In this document: piece after piece, positions 15,130-23,021 of the stretch
How the letters are laid out: the number at the start of each line of letters is the position of its first letter
Position numbering within the stretch: position 1 is the stretch's first letter
Source of the DNA: a virus
Direction: 5' to 3' (one strand)
IMG/VR virus record: IMGVR_UViG_3300015050_000735
Location: 1 to 42,882 of that record
Length of the DNA: 42,882 bases
The notes under the pieces: generated by a model
Database searches by the model: none
The model's input: only the letters and a program-made list of their open reading frames with translations
Told to the model about the DNA's origin: nothing
Translations under genes and position numbers: made by a program

Positions 15130-16865
15130 TGCAGTCCACAACCTTCCTCGACGGGCGGGTGATGCTGCATTGCGGCGATTGCCTCGACGTGCTGGCGAGG
15201 ATGCCGGAGAACAGCGTCGACTCCGTGGTAACGGACCCGCCCTATCACCTCACCAGCATCGTGAAGCGGTTCGGCAATTCCAACCCTGCCGACGTGGAGA
15301 AGAACGCTGCGGGGCGCAAGATCGCAGGGCAGGGCACAAGCCCTCACGGACGGGCAGCGGCCGGTTTCATGGGTAAGCAATGGGACGGCGGCGACATCGC
15401 GTTCCAGCCTGCCACATGGGCCGCTGTGCTGCGCGTCCTGAAGCCGGGCGGCTATCTGCTGGCCTTCTCAGCAACGCGAAGTTATCACCGGATGGGAGTA
15501 GCGATTGAAGATGCTGGTTTTGAGATCAGAGACCAGATAGGATGGTGTTATGCTTCTGGATTCCCCAAGTCTCTCAACGTTAGCAGAAAGCTCGACGGAA
15601 CTCGTTGCTCTTGTGCGCGACCCGAAAGACCCGATCCGCTTCTGCAACACGACTTGCGATGTGTGCGGAGTGCCGATGTATCGTCGCCCGAACCTGTTCG
15701 TAAAGAACGCCCGGAAGTTTTGTTCCAAGGGGTGCCGGAACACGGCCTACACGGCGCAATGCTACGGGCCGAATCCGAAGAAGGCGGTCAAGGGTGCGAA
15801 GAACAAAGCCTGGAAGGGCGGCGTCACGCATCGCAAGAGGCGCGGGAACTACGTTTCGGTGAAGTATGTCCGTTGCCCGGGTCACCTGCGTTCAATGGCG
15901 AGGACGGACGGCTATGTGATGGAACACCGGAAGGTGATGGCCGAATGGATAGGCCGGCCGTTGACCCGGATCGAATGCGTCCACCACGTCGATCACAAGC
16001 CGCTGAACAATCAGCAAGCGAACTTGGAACTGTGGCCGGACAACCGAAGCCACAAGATGGCGGAGCATGGCCGCATTGCGGAAGGTGCGGCAAACCGATT
16101 GTTCCTGACGGACTAGGGACCGCTCTAAAGCCGGCTTGGGAACCGATCTGTGTTGCCCGCAAACCTCTCTCGGAAAGTTCGGTCGCGGCCAATGTCCTGA
16201 AATGGGGCACGGGTGCGCTGAACATCGACGGTTGCCGGGTCGAGGCGGCCGATCAGGAATCGCTCGCGGCGAATTGGGACCGAGCAAAACACACGGACAT
16301 TCGCGGTGGAAAATATATCGGGGGAACGGCTCAGGGCATAAAGCTCAATTCGAAGCCTGGGGATGGCCGCTGGCCCGCCAACATCGTCCACGACGGCAGC
16401 GACGAGGTGCTGGCGGGGTTTCCTACATCAGAAAGCACCATTGGTAAGCCGCGCGGCGCTGCGAGTGGTGCCGGATGGGGTATGACGCAGACCGGGGCCG
16501 AGTATGACGACGCCGGTTCCGCAGCCCGCTTTTTCTATTCCAGCAAGGCGGACGCCGAGGACCGCATTGGTTCCAAGCACCCGACCGTCAAGCCTCTCGA
16601 CCTCATGCAGTATCTCTGCCGCCTCATCACGCCACCGGGCGGGACCGTGCTGGACCTATTCGCGGGCACCGGCACCACGGGCGAGGCTGCATGGCGCGAG
16701 GGTTTCAAAGCCATCCTGATCGAGCGCGAGGCCGAATATCAGGCCGATATCGCGCGCCGCATGGATCTTGCCGTGAAGCCTGCCAAGCGCGCGGCGGTTG
16801 CCAAGACGAAGAACAATCTCATGGGCGCCGAGGGCACGCCTCTATTCGGGGGAGAAGCCGCATGA
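15129..16865 (+). CDS. DNA methyltransferase (beta-class, DPPY...FxGxG) carrying a ~0.5-kb insertion, with its reading frame still open
   Basis: The ATG at 15129 is coupled to the upstream stop (TGATG). N-terminal part: VVTDPPYHL...GWCYASGFPKS. C-terminal part: GTALKPAWEPICVARKPL...HPTVKPLDLMQYLCRLITPPGGTVLDLFAGTGTTGEAA. The central ~170 codons are Arg/Pro/Glu-rich with weak GC3. Confidence 0.8.
   Translation: MQSTTFLDGRVMLHCGDCLDVLARMPENSVDSVVTDPPYHLTSIVKRFGNSNPADVEKNAAGRKIAGQGTSPHGRAAAGFMGKQWDGGDIAFQPATWAAVLRVLKPGGYLLAFSATRSYHRMGVAIEDAGFEIRDQIGWCYASGFPKSLNVSRKLDGTRCSCARPERPDPLLQHDLRCVRSADVSSPEPVRKERPEVLFQGVPEHGLHGAMLRAESEEGGQGCEEQSLEGRRHASQEARELRFGEVCPLPGSPAFNGEDGRLCDGTPEGDGRMDRPAVDPDRMRPPRRSQAAEQSASELGTVAGQPKPQDGGAWPHCGRCGKPIVPDGLGTALKPAWEPICVARKPLSESSVAANVLKWGTGALNIDGCRVEAADQESLAANWDRAKHTDIRGGKYIGGTAQGIKLNSKPGDGRWPANIVHDGSDEVLAGFPTSESTIGKPRGAASGAGWGMTQTGAEYDDAGSAARFFYSSKADAEDRIGSKHPTVKPLDLMQYLCRLITPPGGTVLDLFAGTGTTGEAAWREGFKAILIEREAEYQADIARRMDLAVKPAKRAAVAKTKNNLMGAEGTPLFGGEAA
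15550..16116 (+). CDS. HNH endonuclease nested in the +1 frame of the methyltransferase gene (188 aa from the ATG, or 167 aa from the GTG at 15613)
   Basis: Zinc-ribbon CNTTCDVCG...FCSKGC and HNH core GYVMEHRKVMAEWIGRPLTRIECVHHVDHKPLNNQQANLELWPDNRSHKM. Strong third-position GC bias in this frame. Confidence 0.82.
   Translation: MLLDSPSLSTLAESSTELVALVRDPKDPIRFCNTTCDVCGVPMYRRPNLFVKNARKFCSKGCRNTAYTAQCYGPNPKKAVKGAKNKAWKGGVTHRKRRGNYVSVKYVRCPGHLRSMARTDGYVMEHRKVMAEWIGRPLTRIECVHHVDHKPLNNQQANLELWPDNRSHKMAEHGRIAEGAANRLFLTD
15600..16116 (+). mobile_element. Homing-endonuclease-gene-like insertion within the methyltransferase coding sequence (left boundary approximate)
   Basis: Methyltransferase-like sequence stops near ...GFPKSLNVSRKLDG (ending at about 15599). 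It resumes at G-L-G-TALKPAWEP, whose GGA-CTA-GGG codons contain the HNH stop TAG (16114..16116). Confidence 0.6.
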
Positions 16866-17086
16866 ACATCGCCTTCGTTCCCCGTTCCTCTCTCCCCACC
16901 CGTCTGGCTCTAGGCTGGACGATCATTCCCGGCGCGCCCCACCCGGCCTCGTGGGCGGTGTTGATGCAGATCCCTGAGATTGCGGTGGATACGCCGGTCC
17001 CATGCTTTCCAGAGCCTATCCGTGGCAGCACCAAGAGCCAGAGCGCACGGTCGCGAAACAAGGTTCGCTACGCGGGGGCTGAGTGA
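16862..17086 (+). CDS. Possible small protein (74 aa, MNIAFVPRSSLPTRLALGW...)
   Basis: ATGA overlap with the methyltransferase stop and TGATG overlap with the rusA start. Confidence 0.45.
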   Translation: MNIAFVPRSSLPTRLALGWTIIPGAPHPASWAVLMQIPEIAVDTPVPCFPEPIRGSTKSQSARSRNKVRYAGAE

Positions 17087-17454
17087 TGGAATTCGACCTT
17101 CCAATGCCGCCGTCCGTCAACAGTCTCTACACGAACGTGTCAGGTATCGGGCGCGTCAAGACGAAGCTCTATCGGAAGTGGATCACCGAAGCCAGCTGGA
17201 TGCTGGTCACTCAACGGAATCAGCGCGGTAGACACAAGCGAGTTGAAGGTCGCGTGTCAGTTACTGTGAAGGCGATGCGCCCGCAAAGGGTCCGCGATCT
17301 GGACAACATACTGAAGGCCATCATGGACCTTCTGAAATCAACGCAAACCATACGAGACGACAGCCAGGTAGTCGAGATCAAGGCGCGGTGGGTTGATGAA
17401 GGCGTTCCTTGCTCGGTGCTGATCTGTGCGGCTGAAGAGGAAACGGCTGCATGA
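17086..17454 (+). CDS. rusA: RusA Holliday-junction resolvase
   Basis: LPMPPSVNSLY...RVRDLDNILKAIMDLLKSTQTIRDDSQVVEIKARW aligns by eye with E. coli RusA (LPWPPSNNRYY...RRRDLDNLQKAAFDAL...DDAQVV). Confidence 0.88.
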   Translation: MEFDLPMPPSVNSLYTNVSGIGRVKTKLYRKWITEASWMLVTQRNQRGRHKRVEGRVSVTVKAMRPQRVRDLDNILKAIMDLLKSTQTIRDDSQVVEIKARWVDEGVPCSVLICAAEEETAA

Positions 17455-17831
17455 AGCTTCGTGAGCAAGAGCCGGAAGGGTTCGCCGACTTCTGGACTGC
17501 ATGGATGCCCTATCGCCGCAAGAATGATGGCAGGGGAGAAGCCCGCACAGCCTATCGCAAGCACGTCCTGTCCGGTGCAGAGCCGCAGGACATCATCGAC
17601 GGCGCCCGCGCCTACCTCAGAAGCCTGACAGACCGCGACAAGCCATACATCCCGCTCGCCGCAACCTGGCTCAATCGCGAAGCCTACGAGGATTGGGCAC
17701 AGGAGGAACGCGATTATCAGAAGCGCCTCGCAGAACGATCAACCAACGTCGTCAACATCAACCGTCCTCTGCCTCGCTCCAAATGGGCGATGGAATACGA
17801 CCGGACCAAGAGCAAGCAAGCAGCGGAGTAA
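17451..17831 (+). CDS. Hypothetical protein (126 aa), replication-module associated
   Basis: EGFADFWTAWMPYRRKNDGRGEARTAYRK pattern, seen from memory in phage replication regions. ATGA overlap with rusA. Confidence 0.62.
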   Translation: MKLREQEPEGFADFWTAWMPYRRKNDGRGEARTAYRKHVLSGAEPQDIIDGARAYLRSLTDRDKPYIPLAATWLNREAYEDWAQEERDYQKRLAERSTNVVNINRPLPRSKWAMEYDRTKSKQAAE

Positions 17832-17836
17832 GCGTC

Positions 17837-18292
17837 ATGTTGGAAGAGTCACCGATTGGATACAATCCGGAGTTCGCAAAGGCTGTCCTCGCCAAGCGGG
17901 AACACGCCGAACGCCTGAAGCATACCAACATGCTGTTGCGCGAGGCGGCTCAGGCAAAGGTAGAGATCGAAGCGAAGAAGGCCAAGCGCATCGATATCCC
18001 GTTCCGCGAACTCATGGCGATGATCCCGCGCACGACATTCCAGAAAATCGAGCGGCGGGCCATCCTCGTGTTCGGCATACGGTCCATCCATATCAAGGGC
18101 CAGTCCCGCAAGCGCGATGTTGTTCTGGCGCGGCAGTTCATCTGCTATTGGGCGTGCCGGCGCACGGCATTCTCCCTGCCTCAGATCGGGCGTTTGCTGG
18201 GTGGTCGCGATCATACGACAGTCCTGCATTCCGTAAGCGCCTACAGGGCCAAGCGGAAGCGCATGGGCCGCAATCTTCCCCCGGCGAGGTGA
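17837..18292 (+). CDS. DnaA domain IV-like HTH DNA-binding protein (151 aa)
   Basis: SRKRDVVLARQFICYWACRRTAFSLPQIGRLLGGRDHTTVLHSVSAY matches the DnaA C-terminal DNA-binding domain signature. Confidence 0.72.
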   Translation: MLEESPIGYNPEFAKAVLAKREHAERLKHTNMLLREAAQAKVEIEAKKAKRIDIPFRELMAMIPRTTFQKIERRAILVFGIRSIHIKGQSRKRDVVLARQFICYWACRRTAFSLPQIGRLLGGRDHTTVLHSVSAYRAKRKRMGRNLPPAR

Positions 18293-18296
18293 AGAC

Positions 18297-18383
18297 ATGA
18301 CCAAAACGCGCAAGTTTGAATGGGTTCTCGTGGCGGCAAGCGTTGCCGTTCTCGCGATGGTTTGGTGGAACATATTGGCATGA
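18297..18383 (+). CDS. Possible 28-aa membrane micro-protein
   Basis: Hand translation gives MTKTRKFEWVLVAASVAVLAMVWWNILA. GAGGTGA Shine-Dalgarno. ATGA overlap with the next start. Confidence 0.35.
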   Translation: MTKTRKFEWVLVAASVAVLAMVWWNILA

Positions 18384-18619
18384 CCATGATCGAACGTGTA
18401 GCCGCATCCATCGTCATCGCCCAGAAGCGCGGTCTGGACCGTAACGGGGTGGCGAGAGCTGCGATTGAGGCAATGCGCGAACCGGAAGTCGAGATGATCG
18501 CTGCATTCTGGAGACAGAAGAACCGGGGCGCGCAAGATCCGGGAGAATGGAGCGAATTTAGGAGCGATTATGACGCCTACCGCGCCATGATCGACCAAGC
18601 CCTGAAGGACGAAGCATGA
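18380..18619 (+). CDS. Hypothetical protein (79 aa, start at MTMIERVAAS)
   Basis: Shares the AAIEAMREPEVEM motif with the product of 941..1174. Confidence 0.58.
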   Translation: MTMIERVAASIVIAQKRGLDRNGVARAAIEAMREPEVEMIAAFWRQKNRGAQDPGEWSEFRSDYDAYRAMIDQALKDEA

Positions 18620-18921
18620 CCATGCTCACCGGTCTGGCCGCGCTTTCGGACGCCGTTTACATGATGAGGCAAATCGATCGCCCCAAGAATGTTGAGATCC
18701 GAGTCGATCGGTTCGCGACCTTGCTCGAAGCAATTGAACGGTATGGAACTACGATAGTTCGAGGTGAACCATCGGCCGATGTCAAGTTTGCGGAGTTCAT
18801 GGGCGTGAAAGTACTTGAAGATTTCAAGATGCCGCCCGGTTTTGCCTGCATAATCGCAGATGGCGAGGTTGTCGATATTCTGGATCTTCGCGACTGCCTG
18901 GAACGGGAGCCTAGCGCATGA
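18616..18921 (+). CDS. Hypothetical protein (101 aa)
   Basis: Intact ORF with 4-nt overlaps at both ends. Confidence 0.6.
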   Translation: MTMLTGLAALSDAVYMMRQIDRPKNVEIRVDRFATLLEAIERYGTTIVRGEPSADVKFAEFMGVKVLEDFKMPPGFACIIADGEVVDILDLRDCLEREPSA

Positions 18922-19457
18922 AGCCACCTAGCGCAGATCGCCATTGGTTCGTTTTGAGAACCAACCCTAAATGCGAGGAGAAGGCCGCGTCCAATCTGCG
19001 CAAGGCTTCGTTCGAGGTCTATTTCCCCCGCCAGCGTATCGAGCGCAAGAACAAGCGCACCCACGTCAAGCACGTCATCGAACGGCCTCTGATGCTCCGC
19101 TATATCTTCATCGGCATGCCGGCCAACGTGAAGCACTTCGGCTTCGCCCGCGCCTGTGAGGGTGTGGAGGACTTCCTGCGCAATAACCAGGTGCCTCTGC
19201 GCATTCCGTTCCGAGCCGTGGAAGAGTTCTATCTCGCAGAGGTGGACATGCGCTTTGACGAGACGGAACAGGCCCGCAAATATATGGCTGAGAAGTTTGC
19301 CGAGGGCACGAACCACGTTCTCACGGAAGGCCCATTCGAGGGCCAGACCATGCGCATCAAGAAGCTTCTCGACACGGGCGACGTGGACGGTATCGTGCGC
19401 CTGTTCGGTGGCGAAGTGAAGATCCGGGTCAAGACGGACAAACTGGCAGCGGCGTAG
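18918..19457 (+). CDS. NusG/RfaH-like transcription antitermination factor (179 aa)
   Basis: NGN-type start HWFVLRTNPKCEEKAASNLRKASFEVYFP and a KOW-like C-terminal part (LTEGPFEGQTMRIKKL...VRLFGGEVKIRV). It sits at the early/late boundary. Confidence 0.72.
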   Translation: MKPPSADRHWFVLRTNPKCEEKAASNLRKASFEVYFPRQRIERKNKRTHVKHVIERPLMLRYIFIGMPANVKHFGFARACEGVEDFLRNNQVPLRIPFRAVEEFYLAEVDMRFDETEQARKYMAEKFAEGTNHVLTEGPFEGQTMRIKKLLDTGDVDGIVRLFGGEVKIRVKTDKLAAA

Positions 19458-19464
19458 GAGATTT

Positions 19465-19728
19465 ATGATGGATTTTCCGAAGCACGAAGCATCGTTGCAC
19501 CTGACGCACAACGACCACAAGGCTGTCTATGAGACGGTGGAAGACTCTGTCGGGTTTGGCCGGCACGGATATGAACCAGAGTGCTGGGTATCGCCAGAAC
19601 AGATGCAGAAGGCAATCGAGACGAACGACTGCTGGACGCTCCAATGGTATCCGCGCACGCCGGTAGGCTTTTGCCTGCTGTCGGCGGCGGACCTCGATGT
19701 GCTGTTGAAAGCCGCGTGCGAGGACTGA
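19465..19728 (+). CDS. Hypothetical protein (87 aa)
   Basis: Intact ORF with balanced composition. No family recognised. Confidence 0.62.
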   Translation: MMDFPKHEASLHLTHNDHKAVYETVEDSVGFGRHGYEPECWVSPEQMQKAIETNDCWTLQWYPRTPVGFCLLSAADLDVLLKAACED

Positions 19729-19968
19729 ATTCACCCCTTGCGCGTTAACCAAGGATCGGTTAATTCTGAGTGCGGATGATTTGGTAACCACCCGGCGGAC
19801 CATCTCAGGATGGGAATACACGCCAAGCCAAACCCAGCGCCCACGTGCGGCGCGCGTCAGCGGTTTATTGCCCCGACATTTAGCATTTGCCATCAAGGCA
19901 TGACTTGATCCGCATCGTGCGGATAGGCGGCTGCGGCCGTCGCTTCTCAAACGAAAAGGAATACGGAC
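19729..19968 (+). promoter_or_regulatory. Intergenic region upstream of the late (packaging/morphogenesis) genes; candidate late promoter/leader
   Basis: 240 bp without an ORF. TTAACC-N7-GGTTAA (19744..19762), TGGTAACCA (19781..19789) and the hairpin ATCCGCA-TCG-TGCGGAT (19908..19924). Confidence 0.35.
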
Positions 19969-20301
19969 ATGGCTTCAATCACGAAGCTCGAATACCGCGT
20001 GCGCAAAGTCGAGCGCTACATCATCACCCGATACGAGGAACGGGAAGAAGAGCCTGGGTGCGCACAGGCTGGCAGCAGCTCGGTGCGAGGCGAGTTTTCG
20101 GACGCCAACACGGCTTACGAAGTCGCCTACGCTCTGTGCAAGGTTGAACATGAAGCGCATCTCGGCTGGCCGATCGATGACGAGCGGGTTCAGTATCCGC
20201 GCCATCCGCACGAGCCGAACTATTCGAGCGATATGGATCATCGCACCGCGCAAGCAATAGCCGCTAACGTACCTGCCGGCGACTCTCGCGCGGCTCTCTG
20301 A
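19969..20301 (+). CDS. Hypothetical protein (110 aa)
   Basis: AAAGGAATACGGACATG Shine-Dalgarno. Intact ORF. Confidence 0.6.
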   Translation: MASITKLEYRVRKVERYIITRYEEREEEPGCAQAGSSSVRGEFSDANTAYEVAYALCKVEHEAHLGWPIDDERVQYPRHPHEPNYSSDMDHRTAQAIAANVPAGDSRAAL

Positions 20302-20434
20302 CAACATCGCGGGCTGGAGCAATCTGGCCCGCCCACCTTTGCCCGCCCAGTCCCATCAATCCTCAGAGATGCCTAAGCTCAAGGGGACATGCGCGCGGGC
20401 AAGCCAGTCCCGCGACAATCCGAAAGGACCGCAC

Positions 20435-20788
20435 ATGCCAGCCGGTCGTCCGTCCACATACAAGCCTGAATATTGCGAGGACGTGGTTGCTCTCGGAAAA
20501 GACGGCAAAAGCGTAGCGCAGATGTGCGCTCATTTCGACATTTCCAGGCAGACAATCGACAATTGGGCGATTGCGAATCCTGAATTCCTAGAAGCGCTCA
20601 ATCGCGCGAAGGTCCACATGCAGGCAAAGCTTGAGGAATTGGGCTTTTCTGGCTTGGTGAACAAGGATTTCAACGCGGCTGTGTGGAAGACGACGATGGC
20701 CGCTCGTTTCCGTGACGACTATACGGAGCGCAAGGAAGTGTCTGGCGGCTTCAACGTCACGATTGCCAAGGATGCAGCCGACCTGTAG
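20435..20788 (+). CDS. terS: Terminase small subunit (117 aa, start at MPAGRPSTYKPEYCE)
   Basis: GRPS-x-YKPEYCE...HTH-like SVAQMCAHFDISRQTIDNWAIANPEF is the typical terS N-terminus. GAAAGGA Shine-Dalgarno. It lies immediately upstream of terL. Confidence 0.72.
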   Translation: MPAGRPSTYKPEYCEDVVALGKDGKSVAQMCAHFDISRQTIDNWAIANPEFLEALNRAKVHMQAKLEELGFSGLVNKDFNAAVWKTTMAARFRDDYTERKEVSGGFNVTIAKDAADL

Positions 20789-20851
20789 TTGCAAAGTAAG
20801 TGGCAAGGCAGGTGAAAATGCCCCGAAACACGGCGTTATACCAATCGGCGG

Positions 20852-22261
20852 TTGAAATTGGCTGATTTCAGCCTCACTGCCAAGCAGTCGGAACTCAAAC
20901 CGCTGCTCAGTTCCACAGCCCGTCATGTGCTTCTGTTCGGTGGGTCCAGGTCGGGAAAGACGTTCCTGTTCTGCTACGGGATAGCCACAAGGGCATTGAG
21001 GGCTGCTGGTTCCCGGCATGGCATCTTCCGCAAGCACGGTGTTGCGGTAAAGCAATCGGTGGGCAAGGACACCTTTCCGAAGGTGATGCAGTTTGCTTAT
21101 CCCGATGCTCCCTACAAATGGTATGAGCAGGATGGGCTGTTTGCATTCCCGAATGGGTCTGAGGTCTGGCTTGCCGGGCTGGATGACAAGGAACGCATCG
21201 ACAAGGTTCTCGGCAAGGAATACGCCACCACCTACGAGAACGAAGCGTCCGAGATCAGCTATGATGCTCACACGACGCTGGAATCGAGACTGGCGCAGAA
21301 GGTTGCGGTCACTGTCGGGGATGGGGAATATCTCAGGCAGAAGAACTACGTCGACCTGAACCCGACAACGCAGTCGCACTGGACCTACAAGATGTTCGTC
21401 CAGGGCATCGAGCCTCTGGAGAAAAAGCCGCTTCCCCGCGATGACTATGTGTGGGGAATTGCCAATCCCTCGGACAACAGGGAAAACCTTGATCCTGCCT
21501 ATATCGCTGGGCTGGAGCTTATGCCGAGAGCGAAGCGTGCACGCTTCTTCGAAGGCAAGTTCTCAGGCGATTCCTCCGATGCGTTGTGGACCAGGTCGGT
21601 TATCGACAACAGCCGCCTCTACATCAGGACCGAGACTGAGCTTCCTCATTTCAAGCGCGTGGTGATTGCGCTCGATCCGGCCATATCCAGCGAGACGGGA
21701 TCGAACGAGACGGGCATCATTGCCGCTGCTACGGATGGGCCAGGTCAGGGATATGTGCTTGCCGATGGGTCTGGCGTGTTCAAGCCGGAGGAATGGGCAC
21801 GATCTGCCATCCATCTCTATCACTACTACAAGGCGGACAGAATCGTCGCCGAGGCCAATCAGGGCGGCGAGATGGTGACTGCGGTCATCCATGCCCAAAA
21901 CCCTGACATTCCGGTGACGTTGGTCAAGGCAAGCCGAGGCAAATACATCCGGGCCGAACCTGTTGCAGCTCTCTATGCGAGAGGTCGCATTCGCCATGTT
22001 GGCGAGTTTCAAGAACTGGAAGATCAGATGTGCGTGTTCACGTCTGACTTCGACCGCAAGCAGGAAGGCTATTCGCCGGACAGGCTCGATGCGCTGGTGT
22101 GGGCCTTCACTGAACTGTTCCCCGGCCTGATCTCGGACAGGGGCAGGCAGATGGCGCCTCAGTCCGTCGCTCATGGCGAGTATGACATCTTCGCAGCCGA
22201 AGAGACGGCAAGACGGCTGAACCGGCAGGCGATTGCCGGCATGGAATACGATCCCCTCTAG
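20852..22261 (+). CDS. terL: Terminase large subunit (469 aa; TTG start as given, exact start uncertain)
   Basis: Walker A motif LLFGGSRSGKTF, an ATPase N-terminal half and a nuclease-like C-terminal half (ALDPAISSETGSNETGI...DRIVAEANQGGEM). Its position is before the portal gene. Confidence 0.88.
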   Translation: MKLADFSLTAKQSELKPLLSSTARHVLLFGGSRSGKTFLFCYGIATRALRAAGSRHGIFRKHGVAVKQSVGKDTFPKVMQFAYPDAPYKWYEQDGLFAFPNGSEVWLAGLDDKERIDKVLGKEYATTYENEASEISYDAHTTLESRLAQKVAVTVGDGEYLRQKNYVDLNPTTQSHWTYKMFVQGIEPLEKKPLPRDDYVWGIANPSDNRENLDPAYIAGLELMPRAKRARFFEGKFSGDSSDALWTRSVIDNSRLYIRTETELPHFKRVVIALDPAISSETGSNETGIIAAATDGPGQGYVLADGSGVFKPEEWARSAIHLYHYYKADRIVAEANQGGEMVTAVIHAQNPDIPVTLVKASRGKYIRAEPVAALYARGRIRHVGEFQELEDQMCVFTSDFDRKQEGYSPDRLDALVWAFTELFPGLISDRGRQMAPQSVAHGEYDIFAAEETARRLNRQAIAGMEYDPL

Positions 22262-22270
22262 GAGACGGCA

Positions 22271-22633
22271 ATGACGTATTTTGCGAACCAATGGGCTGCG
22301 CGGTCTGTGTCGCGCATCATCTCAGCAGCCGGCACGACCAATGCGACGAGTGCCAAGGCTGCGAGCGGGTATCTGCATCAGGTAGTAGGCTACAATGCGG
22401 CTGGAGCAGCCCGATACCTGAAGATCTACAACAAGGCGAGCGCGCCGACTGTCGGCACGGACACGCCAATCCTGACGTTGTATCTGCCGGCACTGACGGC
22501 ATTCGCTGTTGACTTCCCCGCGCTCTATTTCAGCACGGGCATTGCCTATGCGCTGACGACTGGAAGTGCGGATGCGGACACTGGCGCGCTCACGGCTGCC
22601 GATGTCCTCGGCCTCAACGTGATCTACGGGTGA
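22271..22633 (+). CDS. Hypothetical protein (120 aa), probably virion-associated
   Basis: GGAGACGG Shine-Dalgarno. Ala/Thr/Gly-rich and beta-like. Located between terL and the portal gene. Confidence 0.6.
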   Translation: MTYFANQWAARSVSRIISAAGTTNATSAKAASGYLHQVVGYNAAGAARYLKIYNKASAPTVGTDTPILTLYLPALTAFAVDFPALYFSTGIAYALTTGSADADTGALTAADVLGLNVIYG

Positions 22634-22637
22634 CGCC

Positions 22638-23021
22638 ATGAGCGGTTTTTTCGGACTGCCGTTCAATGGTGTGCTCTATCGCCTTGTCGGCGCCAACATG
22701 AACTCGACATCGGACCAGGCGTTCGTGCGGATGCATGGCTTCGCAGCCTATGTCATCAACAACATCTACGCCGTGAATCCGAGTGGCAGCGCCGCTTCTG
22801 CGGTTGGCGGCATCTACACGGCTGCGGCCAAGGGCGGGACGGCCGTCGTTGCTGCATCGCAGGCTTTCACCTCGCTAAGCGGCACCAATACGAATCTGAT
22901 CCTGACGACGGCGACAGCCGGGCGCAACAGGCGAACGGAAGACCTCATCCTGTCGCTCACCACAGCGCATGGGTCCGCCGCGACGTGCGACCTTTACGTG
23001 TTCGGATTTGGCGTAGCTTGA
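22638..23021 (+). CDS. Hypothetical protein (127 aa), probably virion-associated
   Basis: Intact ORF whose composition resembles that of 22271..22633. Confidence 0.6.
   Translation: MSGFFGLPFNGVLYRLVGANMNSTSDQAFVRMHGFAAYVINNIYAVNPSGSAASAVGGIYTAAAKGGTAVVAASQAFTSLSGTNTNLILTTATAGRNRRTEDLILSLTTAHGSAATCDLYVFGFGVA

Noticed and set aside
15550-16116. Intein or self-splicing intron as the explanation for the HNH insertion in the methyltransferase gene
   Set aside because: An intein must be in frame with its host protein, and this HNH gene is in the +1 frame. Group I and II introns need a few hundred nt of structured core outside the ORF, whereas here the ORF fills essentially the whole inserted segment. 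Splicing still needs an RNA test.
19921-19935. GGCGGCTGCGGC, vaguely resembling the RfaH ops element (GGCGGTAG...)
   Set aside because: Only the first five bases match, which is easily expected by chance in GC-rich DNA. It is not enough to call a recruitment site for the NusG-like protein.
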